Origin: a virus
Taxonomy: Duplodnaviria > Caudoviricetes
Strand: one strand, 5' to 3'
IMG/VR virus record: IMGVR_UViG_3300017785_003454
Coordinates: 1 to 35,157 of that record
DNA: 35,157 nucleotides
In this document: piece by piece, positions 1 to 6,858 of the stretch
How positions within the stretch are numbered: position 1 is the stretch's first letter
Layout of the letters: every line of letters begins with the position of its first letter
The notes under the pieces: model-generated
What the model saw: only the letters and a program-made list of their open reading frames with translations
The model's database searches: none
Told to the model about the DNA's origin: nothing
Position numbers and translations under genes: made by a program

Positions 1-1
1 A

Positions 2-148
2 CAGGCCACCAAGATTCGCGAGCAAGAGGAGTATATCAATCGGTTAGTGAAAGCTGGAAACTACTTAGACGAATGTCTTTTATCTATAGCTGGAGAGAAT
101 CTTCCAGCAAAGCAATTGTGGCATAAAGCCAAGGAGGCCAAGCCGTGA
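2..148 (+). CDS. Partial small ORF of the modular array (5' end outside window), ends ...WHKAKEAKP
   Basis: Open frame from base 2 (QATKIREQEEYINRLVKAG...WHKAKEAKP*). The TGA overlaps the GTG of the next ORF (GTGA at 145-148). Not in the ORF track. Confidence 0.7.
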   Translation, partial: QATKIREQEEYINRLVKAGNYLDECLLSIAGENLPAKQLWHKAKEAKP

Positions 149-186
149 GCATTGAAGAGCGAATTCTCAATATCGTCGAAGAACCA
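124..186 (+). repeat. Gene-junction repeat copy 1 (SD + stop/start + MSIEERILNIVEEP)
   Basis: TAAAGCCAAGGAGGCCAAGCCGTGAGCATTGAAGAGCGAATTCTCAATATCGTCGAAGAACCA; near-identical to 746-808 and partly to 961-988. Confidence 0.9.
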
Positions 187-336
187 ATTCACATTTGGTG
201 GTACGACCGCCGCCAACTCCGCACAATTGCTCTGGAGGTCCGCAAGATGGAGGATCGTATCAAACAACTAGAGCAGGAGAACGACGCATTGCGAGCGGAT
301 CTGCTGCTGTGGAATGAGAAGGGGGTGAAGCCGTGA
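145..336 (+). CDS. Small coiled-coil hypothetical protein (MSIEE family, copy A)
   Basis: GTG start after AAGGAGG; paralogous to 767-976; heptad EVRKMEDRIKQLEQEN. Confidence 0.8.
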   Translation: MSIEERILNIVEEPIHIWWYDRRQLRTIALEVRKMEDRIKQLEQENDALRADLLLWNEKGVKP

Positions 337-770
337 ACTGCCCACATTGCGACTCATCGCTTACTGTGACTGATACTTCCGGGAATCCGTGGTACTGTTG
401 CGGATCAACAAAAACCTTTCGCAGCATGTCATGTCTCGATCGTGAGCCACTTGCTACGAAGCTGCGTGCTGCGACCGAGCGCATCAAGCAGTTGGAAAAT
501 TCTCGCACCGTTGCGGCAGCAAACAGTCTGGCAAATATGCTTAGCTACGAGGATGCAATTACGAAGATCAAGCGGCTGGAGGAGCAGAACTACACAATGC
601 GAGCCAGATTGTACCCTACTCGCCCTCGTATCCCTATTGAAAAAAAACTAGCAATCGCCGATGCCCCGCAAAACATCAGTATCTCAGAGTTGGCGCGACA
701 ATTTGACGTATCTTATGGCACAGTTGCCCGTTACCGACGACAGATTAAAGCCAAGGAGGCCAAGCTGTGA
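333..770 (+). CDS. Zn-ribbon + coiled-coil + C-terminal helix-turn-helix protein
   Basis: CPHC...CC...C at the N-terminus; ERIKQLE and KIKRLEE heptads; ISISELARQFDVSYGTVARYRRQI is HTH-like; ends KAKEAKL. Confidence 0.75.
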   Translation: MNCPHCDSSLTVTDTSGNPWYCCGSTKTFRSMSCLDREPLATKLRAATERIKQLENSRTVAAANSLANMLSYEDAITKIKRLEEQNYTMRARLYPTRPRIPIEKKLAIADAPQNISISELARQFDVSYGTVARYRRQIKAKEAKL

Positions 771-808
771 GCATTGAAGAACGAATCCTGAATATCGTCG
801 AAGAACCA
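746..808 (+). repeat. Gene-junction repeat copy 2
   Basis: TAAAGCCAAGGAGGCCAAGCTGTGAGCATTGAAGAACGAATCCTGAATATCGTCGAAGAACCA. Confidence 0.9.
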
Positions 809-976
809 GTTCAAATTTGGTGGCAACGCAAACTAAAACTCCGCGCAATCGCCCTTGAAGTCCGCAAATTGGAAGATCGGGTGAAACAACTAGAGCAGGA
901 GAACGACGCCATGCGAGCGGATCTGCTGCTGTGGGACAAAGCTGGAATCGGATTTACTACGGAGGCCAAGCTGTGA
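767..976 (+). CDS. Small coiled-coil hypothetical protein (MSIEE family, copy B)
   Basis: Paralog of 145-336 (shares MSIEERILNIVEEP and KQLEQENDAxRADLLLW); ends EAKL. Confidence 0.8.
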   Translation: MSIEERILNIVEEPVQIWWQRKLKLRAIALEVRKLEDRVKQLEQENDAMRADLLLWDKAGIGFTTEAKL

Positions 977-988
977 GCATTGAAGAAC
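961..988 (+). repeat. Gene-junction repeat copy 3 (shorter)
   Basis: GGAGGCCAAGCTGTGAGCATTGAAGAAC. Confidence 0.85.
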
Positions 989-1197
989 ACCTCCGGTACA
1001 TGGCGGAAGACCCTTTCGGACCGTGTGACAAAAACTCCTTACGCAAATTTGCCGTAGAGGTTCGCAAGCTGGAGGATCGGGTGAAACAACTGGAGGACCG
1101 CATTAACCGAGCGGCAACAGCGTTCTTCCAAGACGGATCAGATGGACAGGTTGCATCGAGAATGTGGACGATACTAGAGGAGGTTAAAAAACCATGA
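973..1197 (+). CDS. Small coiled-coil hypothetical protein (MSIEE family, copy C)
   Basis: Start revised to GTG at 973 (GTGA overlap, GGAGG SD). MSIEEHLRY...EVRKLEDRVKQLEDRINRA; ends EEVKKP. Confidence 0.75.
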   Translation: MSIEEHLRYMAEDPFGPCDKNSLRKFAVEVRKLEDRVKQLEDRINRAATAFFQDGSDGQVASRMWTILEEVKKP

Positions 1198-1379
1198 AGG
1201 TTAAAAAGAAAAGCACAGTCATCACAATCGACTCAACGCTTCATTTCGAGCTTCGCGCTATTTGCGACAAGCAGGGAATCAAGATCGGATTTCTCGCTGA
1301 AAAAGCGGTGAGAGAAATGCTGGCAAAGATGAGCAATACGACGCAAGTAAGCACATCCTTGAGGGCAATCACCCATTAG
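1194..1379 (+). CDS. Ribbon-helix-helix (CopG/Arc-like) DNA-binding protein
   Basis: Basic N-terminus, beta-strand TVITID, two helices (STLHFELRAICDKQG / IGFLAEKAVREML); ATGA overlap and GAGGAGG SD. Confidence 0.6.
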   Translation: MKVKKKSTVITIDSTLHFELRAICDKQGIKIGFLAEKAVREMLAKMSNTTQVSTSLRAITH

Positions 1380-1386
1380 TAAGCGA

Positions 1387-1444
1387 TTCGTACCGTGTGG
1401 TACGGACAACACCCTTCGGCCGCCATGAAGCGGCGGTCGGGGGG
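1387..1444 (+). promoter_or_regulatory. Two tandem RNA hairpins upstream of the helicase
   Basis: CGTACC-GTGT-GGTACG (1389-1404) and CCCTTCGGCCGCC/GGCGGTCGGGGGG (1412-1444, 13 bp with three G-U pairs on + strand); no U-tract follows. Confidence 0.45.
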
Positions 1445-1461
1445 ACAAATTTCCTAAAACT

Positions 1462-2538
1462 ATGAATCTAAGAGAATACCAACAGAAAGCAGTCGAGTGG
1501 GCCAAAACTAACGATGGACTGATTATCGCTCCGGCAGGCAGTGGCAAGACCTGGATTGCCGCGAGCATCATCAAGCACTTCCAACATAGCTTGGGTGGGG
1601 CTAGATTTGGCTGGCTCGCTCCAACCCGCGAGACATGCCAGCAAGCGCGCACATCGCTGAAGGTTGCCGGTGTGCCTGATGAGATTGTGGATGTCCGTTG
1701 TCCGCATGAATCAGTGGACTTCAGTAACAAAAACCTTCTCATCGTGGACGAAGCGAAGCACGGCCCTGCTGCCGGATGGCGACGCATCATCGAATCCTGC
1801 AAAGGCTTTCGCTACGGCTTTGACGCAACTCCTTGGGGCGACGACCCAGACCGGAATGCCGTAACACGGATGCTATTCCGCAATCGCACCTACGAAATCA
1901 AACGGACCGACATCGGCGATTCATTGGCCGACGCTTACCTTCAACTCTCCGACGCAACCGATCTGAATCTGAAGCAGAAGATCGACGACAACATCGACCG
2001 GCTGTTTGTAACAAGACGGCGGTATATGCGGATAAGTGACGACGAATTAAAACGCATGTGCGCCTGGGAATCGCTTGTGGACATCGGCATCTGCGAGAAC
2101 CGTGAACGCAACGATTACGCCATCAACTACGCCGTGGAGTATGGCGACATGCAGACGCTCATCCTTATCCCTCGCATCACGTTGGGTGAAGACTACGAAA
2201 AGCGCATTCCCGGTTCACTCCTCGTCCATTCGAAGATCGGCAAGAAGCAGCGCAAGGCGGCGATGGAGGAGTTCAAGGCTGGCAACTTGCGGACCATGAT
2301 TGCCACATCATTGGCCGACGAAGGACTCGATCTTCCGAATGTCGAACTACTCATCATGGTCAGCGGCGGTCGGTCATCACAAAAGACGATCCAGCGAGCG
2401 AGTCGCGCACTGCGGAAAACAGATTCCAAAAACTGTGCGACAATCGTGGACTTTTCTGACAAGTTCCACCCCATCGGAGCATACCACGCAAAGAAGCGAA
2501 TGGAATGCTACCGTCAACTCGGTTGCGTCTTCCAATGA
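1462..2538 (+). CDS. Superfamily 2 DNA helicase (UvsW/ResIII-like)
   Basis: LREYQ Q-motif, APAGSGKT Walker A, IVDEAKH motif II, GFDATP motif III, LADEGLDLP motif V, QRASRALR motif VI. Confidence 0.92.
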   Translation: MNLREYQQKAVEWAKTNDGLIIAPAGSGKTWIAASIIKHFQHSLGGARFGWLAPTRETCQQARTSLKVAGVPDEIVDVRCPHESVDFSNKNLLIVDEAKHGPAAGWRRIIESCKGFRYGFDATPWGDDPDRNAVTRMLFRNRTYEIKRTDIGDSLADAYLQLSDATDLNLKQKIDDNIDRLFVTRRRYMRISDDELKRMCAWESLVDIGICENRERNDYAINYAVEYGDMQTLILIPRITLGEDYEKRIPGSLLVHSKIGKKQRKAAMEEFKAGNLRTMIATSLADEGLDLPNVELLIMVSGGRSSQKTIQRASRALRKTDSKNCATIVDFSDKFHPIGAYHAKKRMECYRQLGCVFQ

Positions 2539-2894
2539 GTGCATCAATTACAACAACAAACGAAACAGCCACGCCAACAGAGAACGTGGTTTATCTGATC
2601 GGAGAACTCCGAGGCATCAGTCGCCAAACCGAAACTAAGACAGGTGCGCTTATGGTGCGGCGCGTTATATCCGTCGCTCGTCACTGGACGGATGCGGACG
2701 GTAGGTTTCACGAAGATTACGATCAATTCGAACTGTCCTCATGGGGACAAGTTGCGGAGAAGATTATCGAGATTCAGAACGGCGCTTTGGTGCGTGTCAA
2801 AGGCCGTGTTAAGGTTGAGAAATGGAGCGATGGCGGTGAAACCAAGAGCGCCGTGCGTATCGCGGCGGAACAAATAACGGTCCTTTGCTATTAA
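2535..2894 (+). CDS. ssb: Single-stranded DNA-binding protein (OB fold)
   Basis: NVVYLIGEL, SSWGQVAE, GALVRVKGRVKVEKW, IAAEQI SSB pattern; start revised to ATG 2535 (ATGA overlap). Confidence 0.85.
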   Translation: MSASITTTNETATPTENVVYLIGELRGISRQTETKTGALMVRRVISVARHWTDADGRFHEDYDQFELSSWGQVAEKIIEIQNGALVRVKGRVKVEKWSDGGETKSAVRIAAEQITVLCY

Positions 2895-2895
2895 A

Positions 2896-3357
2896 ATGAA
2901 ATCAAACGAAAAAATTGTTGCGGTCGATCCAGGCGTTGGCGGCGGCGTCGCCGTGAGTTCGCCACATGGCATCTTCCTTTTCTCAATGCCTGAGTCATTG
3001 CCCGACATGGCCAAACTACTAATGGAGTTCAAATTAGCAGATAGCCAACTCTGGGTTGAGAAGGTGCCGAAGTTCGTGTCCAAGCTCACATCACACGCGA
3101 GCATGGCGACACTCCATGAGAACTACGGCATCATCCAAGGATTGGCCTACGCTCAAGGCTACGCGCTGCACCGCGTTGAGCCGAAGATATGGCAAGAACC
3201 GCTTGGGCTTGGCGGACGCAAATCTTGCGACACCGGACCTCAATGGAAGCGAAAGCTGAGGTCTAAGGCTCAGGAGCTATACCCGCACCTCGACGTTACG
3301 CTCAACAACTGCGACGCGCTTCTGATCCTGCACTATGCAATGGGCGGCGGCAGGTGA
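2896..3357 (+). CDS. RuvC-like Holliday junction resolvase
   Basis: IVAVDPGVGGG, WVEKV, VEPKIWQ, CDALLI: RNase H-fold RuvC catalytic pattern. Confidence 0.82.
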   Translation: MKSNEKIVAVDPGVGGGVAVSSPHGIFLFSMPESLPDMAKLLMEFKLADSQLWVEKVPKFVSKLTSHASMATLHENYGIIQGLAYAQGYALHRVEPKIWQEPLGLGGRKSCDTGPQWKRKLRSKAQELYPHLDVTLNNCDALLILHYAMGGGR

Positions 3358-3358
3358 T

Positions 3359-3598
3359 TCACCGATAAATTCGCCGATAACCAGACTTCCAAACATGCTC
3401 TGAAACGATGCGCGAGATTCGGATTATCTCCTCCTCTTCGTACTCAGGTTTCGCTAGGTGAAGCAACTCATGGATCAGCGTATCAATCCGTTCCTTTTCG
3501 GTCTGACGAGGATCTATCTCGATCAGGTTCTCGCCTTGAAAAGCCTGACCGTAAGCCTTTATCCGACCTAGCCTTTTTTCAACGACCTTGATCCTCAT
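3359..3598 (-). CDS. Small HEXXH zincin-like protein
   Basis: GQAF...IEIDPRQ...IDTLIHELLH motif; sole minus-strand gene within the replication block. Confidence 0.7.
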   Translation of the reverse strand: MRIKVVEKRLGRIKAYGQAFQGENLIEIDPRQTEKERIDTLIHELLHLAKPEYEEEEIIRISRIVSEHVWKSGYRRIYR

Positions 3599-3645
3599 GG
3601 CGTTTCAAGAGTCGTCATCATCAAACACCAAATGCCAGATTAAAA

Positions 3646-3840
3646 ATGAGCGAACCAACAAAACTGTTAGCGGAAGAAACCGACATTGAGACACTTCGAG
3701 CGGCAATCGCAGAGTACCAATGGTTGGCCAAAGTTCTCTTCAAGACTGTCGGCTGCGGTTGTGACGGGGGGCATGACCTCTGCTACCACTGCGGCCAAGC
3801 CGAGAAACAATACAAACACATAACCGAGATATACAAATGA
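3646..3840 (+). CDS. Hypothetical protein with possible Zn-binding CxC..CxxC
   Basis: GCGCDGGHDLCYHC; ATGA-coupled to the next ORF. Confidence 0.65.
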   Translation: MSEPTKLLAEETDIETLRAAIAEYQWLAKVLFKTVGCGCDGGHDLCYHCGQAEKQYKHITEIYK

Positions 3841-4037
3841 CGAACCTAAACAAACCATCATCAATCCGAATGGCGGACGCAGACGAATCGCCTTCAAGAA
3901 TCGACGTTGATTACATCGACCGAAAGTACAAGGAGTGGCTTGTCCGCCGTGGATTCTCCGATGAACTTGGAAACGTCCTTGGAATGCGACGACCAAAAGG
4001 ACGACGACACAACCGAATTGAACCTGATGAACTCTGA
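3837..4037 (+). CDS. Hypothetical protein
   Basis: ATGA overlap with upstream gene; fills the operon. Confidence 0.6.
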   Translation: MTNLNKPSSIRMADADESPSRIDVDYIDRKYKEWLVRRGFSDELGNVLGMRRPKGRRHNRIEPDEL

Positions 4038-4221
4038 AATCACGCGAGAACAACTGTTGAAGGAAGCACCTCAATTGATCGAGTATGCCATCCTCCGTGG
4101 CTGGATAAGTAAGCCAAAACGAAAAGCCGATGAAGCATGGCATTGCAGCAAATCAGGACATCTTGACGATGCTTCAGACGATGAAATACAGGAACTTAGG
4201 AAACAGCTCAGTGGAAGTTGA
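4027..4221 (+). CDS. Hypothetical protein
   Basis: Start revised to ATG 4027 (MNSEITREQLLKEAPQLIEYAILRGWI). Confidence 0.55.
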   Translation: MNSEITREQLLKEAPQLIEYAILRGWISKPKRKADEAWHCSKSGHLDDASDDEIQELRKQLSGS

Positions 4222-4366
4222 ACTCCTCTCCGACGACGTAGAGATACGGATCGGAGAAACCAAGTGGGCTGGCGTGGCCTACATGCGCGAAGGCAAGAGC
4301 AAGGTCTACGTTCGAACCAAAGCCGAATTCAAGGCCAAGTTCGTTCTGATTGATGCGAAGCCCTAA
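4181..4366 (+). CDS. Small beta-barrel protein, DUF1653-like
   Basis: MKYRN...GET...VAY...VYVRTKAEFKAKF pattern; start revised to ATG 4181. Confidence 0.55.
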   Translation: MKYRNLGNSSVEVELLSDDVEIRIGETKWAGVAYMREGKSKVYVRTKAEFKAKFVLIDAKP

Positions 4367-4577
4367 ACTATACATCACCGCACAAGAGCAGCTCTTTGCG
4401 AAGTTTCAGTCACGCTCAATCGCCATCCAGCATTGGAGCAAGTACCTGATGACTCCCAAAGAGCTTGCTCTCCTTTTCAGCAAGTTAGAGAAATCAAATT
4501 CAGTCCTCTCCGAAATCGCCAAGACCGATCTTGGCAAGTCTGGAGAACTCGCGAGAAAACAACTTGGAATCGAATGA
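4353..4577 (+). CDS. Hypothetical protein
   Basis: ATG 4353; its stop overlaps the primase ATG (ATGA 4574-4577). Confidence 0.6.
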   Translation: MRSPKLYITAQEQLFAKFQSRSIAIQHWSKYLMTPKELALLFSKLEKSNSVLSEIAKTDLGKSGELARKQLGIE

Positions 4578-6406
4578 GCCAATCAAAGATCGACCGTGCA
4601 AGAGCATGGCTTAAAAACACGCCAGGAGCCGTCGCTGGTCAAGGCGGTCATAACGCAACCTTCGCAGTAGCAACCGCGCTCATACACGGTTTTGAGCTTA
4701 CTACGGGGGATGCTGAGACACTTCTGCATGAGTACAACGCGAAATGCCTCCCTCCGTGGAGGCAGAACGAGTTGGCGCATAAGCTCAATCAGGCGTCCAA
4801 GGTGCCGCACGACAAGCCGCGTGGATGGCTACTATCCGCTCAATCGGGCATTGGCCAAGGTGGCACACCCATCTCGCCCACCGGCAAGTTCGTCGTTCAG
4901 AAGATCCAAGCAATTCCGCAATCGGATTTCCGATTTTCAACCATAGATTTCTTAAAAGCCTGCTTCGAGCCGGATGAAGTTGTCTGCATCTGCAACGACA
5001 TCGTGAGCGACGACGAAGGTCGGACTCGGCCAAACTCCAAGGGTACGTTCCTCAAGCGCGACGAATGGATTAAGAATCATTTCACGCCACCCATCAGCGC
5101 CATGTGGAACGGTCCTGACAGCCGTGGCGCTTACGTCCGCGTCAACCCGTGCTTCGATGAGAGCGGTTCTGATTCCGGCGTGGCAGCATTCCGCCATGTC
5201 TTGGTCGAGATGGACGAGAAGACCAAGGACGAGCAGTGGACGATCCTCAAGGAGTCGAAGCTGCCGATGTCCGTCGTCATTGATTCCGGTGGCAAGAGCT
5301 TACATGGATGGGTGCGAGTCGATGCGGCAAACAAGGAGGAATGGAGCGAGCGTCGTGATGTCGTCTATCGCCAGTTAGAAGCTCTAGGCATCGATCCGAA
5401 GAACAAGAACGCGAGCAGGTTCAGCCGGTTAGCCGGTGTGATGCGAGATGGCAAAGAGCAGAAGCTGTTGGCCATCAATGTGGGTGTCGTGAACTGGGAT
5501 GCGTTCACGGACTATCTGGAGTCGCAGGATATGCCTCAGGAGTTCTCGCTCGATAGTATCATCGAGTACGACCCGAAGAACGATCCTGACAATCTGATCG
5601 GTGACAGATGGCTACGTCGCGGATCTTCGCTTCTATTCGTCGGCCAAAGTGGTTGCGGCAAAAGCTCAATGGCCGCGTATCAGGGGATGAAGTGGGCGTC
5701 CGGTGAAGCGTGGTTTGGAGTCAAGCCCGTCCGGGCGTTAAAAGTGGCTTACATCCAGGCGGAAAACGACATCGCCGATCAGCATGACGCACTCAAAGGC
5801 GCTGCCCAGATGACCTTCGGCAAAGAGAACTGGGAGCGAGGATTGCGGAGCGTGGAAATGCTCTTCTTCCGCGAAACGGTTCGCACCGGAACAGACTTCG
5901 CCACAATGCTCCGTCGCCTCGTTCGAAAAACCAAAGCTGACTTGGTTTACATTGATCCGCTGCTCTCCTACATGGGTGGCAATCCTGCGGACATCGAGGT
6001 CTGCGCGAACTTCACCCGACACCTTCTCCAGCCCATTATGATGGAGACAGGTGTTGTCCTAGTGCTTGTCCATCACTTCCCCAAGCCCAAGGGTAAGGAC
6101 GACAAGCCTGAGAGCGTGGCAGATTTGGCCTACTCAGGATTCGGATCGTCGGATCTGACGAACTGGGCGAGAGAGGTGATTGTGATGAAGGAGGTTGGCT
6201 TCAACAATCCGCGCAAGTTCATGCTCGGCATGGCGAAACGGGCCGACCGTTCCGGTATGACTGACAAAGAAGGAAAAGTCACCGGATCAATTATGATCCA
6301 GCGTGGCACAGGCGGCGACATCTCATGGAACTACGCGGAACCTGAGAAGTTCGTCGTGGATAAGGCAGCGGCGAAGAAGCCGTGGACGGGACGACCTAAG
6401 CGTTAG
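4574..6406 (+). CDS. Primase-helicase fusion: PriCT-like + AEP (RepB-primase-like) + RecA/AAA_25 helicase
   Basis: N-term GGHNATF...YNAKCLPPW..EL (PriCT-1-like); VLVEMDE, DSGGKSLHGW, DPKNKNASRFSRL (AEP motifs); GQSGCGKS Walker A, VYIDPL Walker B, LVHH. Start revised to ATG 4574. Confidence 0.88.
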   Translation: MSQSKIDRARAWLKNTPGAVAGQGGHNATFAVATALIHGFELTTGDAETLLHEYNAKCLPPWRQNELAHKLNQASKVPHDKPRGWLLSAQSGIGQGGTPISPTGKFVVQKIQAIPQSDFRFSTIDFLKACFEPDEVVCICNDIVSDDEGRTRPNSKGTFLKRDEWIKNHFTPPISAMWNGPDSRGAYVRVNPCFDESGSDSGVAAFRHVLVEMDEKTKDEQWTILKESKLPMSVVIDSGGKSLHGWVRVDAANKEEWSERRDVVYRQLEALGIDPKNKNASRFSRLAGVMRDGKEQKLLAINVGVVNWDAFTDYLESQDMPQEFSLDSIIEYDPKNDPDNLIGDRWLRRGSSLLFVGQSGCGKSSMAAYQGMKWASGEAWFGVKPVRALKVAYIQAENDIADQHDALKGAAQMTFGKENWERGLRSVEMLFFRETVRTGTDFATMLRRLVRKTKADLVYIDPLLSYMGGNPADIEVCANFTRHLLQPIMMETGVVLVLVHHFPKPKGKDDKPESVADLAYSGFGSSDLTNWAREVIVMKEVGFNNPRKFMLGMAKRADRSGMTDKEGKVTGSIMIQRGTGGDISWNYAEPEKFVVDKAAAKKPWTGRPKR

Positions 6407-6584
6407 CCTTCTCACGCTCGGCACGGCGACGACCTTTCGCAGCGAGCGATTGGAACTTCGCCTTGCCGAGCTTCTTGCGTCCGATGTAAGCCGCAAGAGC
6501 GCGAGGCTCTCTCACACCCTTCTTCTCAAGGCTGCTGATGAGCTTCTCGTAACGTCCGCCACCGCCAAGTTTCATCTTGTCCAT
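6396..6584 (-). CDS. Small highly basic protein
   Basis: MDKMKLGGGGRYEKL...ALAAYIGRKKLGKAKFQSLAAKGRRR; start revised to ATG 6584; overlaps the primase 3' end convergently. Confidence 0.7.
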   Translation of the reverse strand: MDKMKLGGGGRYEKLISSLEKKGVREPRALAAYIGRKKLGKAKFQSLAAKGRRRAEREKANA

Positions 6585-6588
6585 AAAT

Positions 6589-6858
6589 TTACCATGCTTT
6601 GCAGCTCCAGTGCCGAGGAGTCGTTTTATCGGTTGCCGTCGCGCAGTTATGCCGCGAGCGGAAGTTCTTACGGCGCTCAGGATTGTCGCGTTTGATTTCC
6701 ATGTTGGCGTCTCCAAAGCGAACCTTGATGACATTGCCGTTGTCGTTCTTAACGTACACCGCGCTCTTCTTTCGCTCGCCAGGAGTGTAGAACGGCTTGT
6801 TGAGTGTCACCTTCTTGCCCTGATAGGTGTTACCTTTTTTGGAGAGGGAGGTTTTCAT
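6589..6858 (-). CDS. Basic conserved phage protein (FGD...RRKNFRSRH.C...WSC..W family)
   Basis: Motif KKSAVYVK...VRFGD...PERRKNFRSRHNC...HWSCKAW resembles a widespread phage DUF; ATGA overlap with the upstream gene. Confidence 0.75.
   Translation of the reverse strand: MKTSLSKKGNTYQGKKVTLNKPFYTPGERKKSAVYVKNDNGNVIKVRFGDANMEIKRDNPERRKNFRSRHNCATATDKTTPRHWSCKAW

Noticed and set aside
124-988. CRISPR-like or DGR-like interpretation of the junction repeats
   Set aside because: Repeats are coding and irregularly spaced (about 620 and 210 nt); no cas or reverse transcriptase gene, and differences are not adenine-specific.
1233-1802. 189-aa minus-strand ORF
   Set aside because: Antisense to the RHH and helicase genes; no motifs.
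3353-3363. GGTGA-T-TCACC inverted repeat
   Set aside because: Explained by two convergent TGA stops.
4433-4573. N-terminal extension of the primase ORF in the track
   Set aside because: Overlaps 4353-4577; the ATGA-coupled ATG at 4574 is more plausible.
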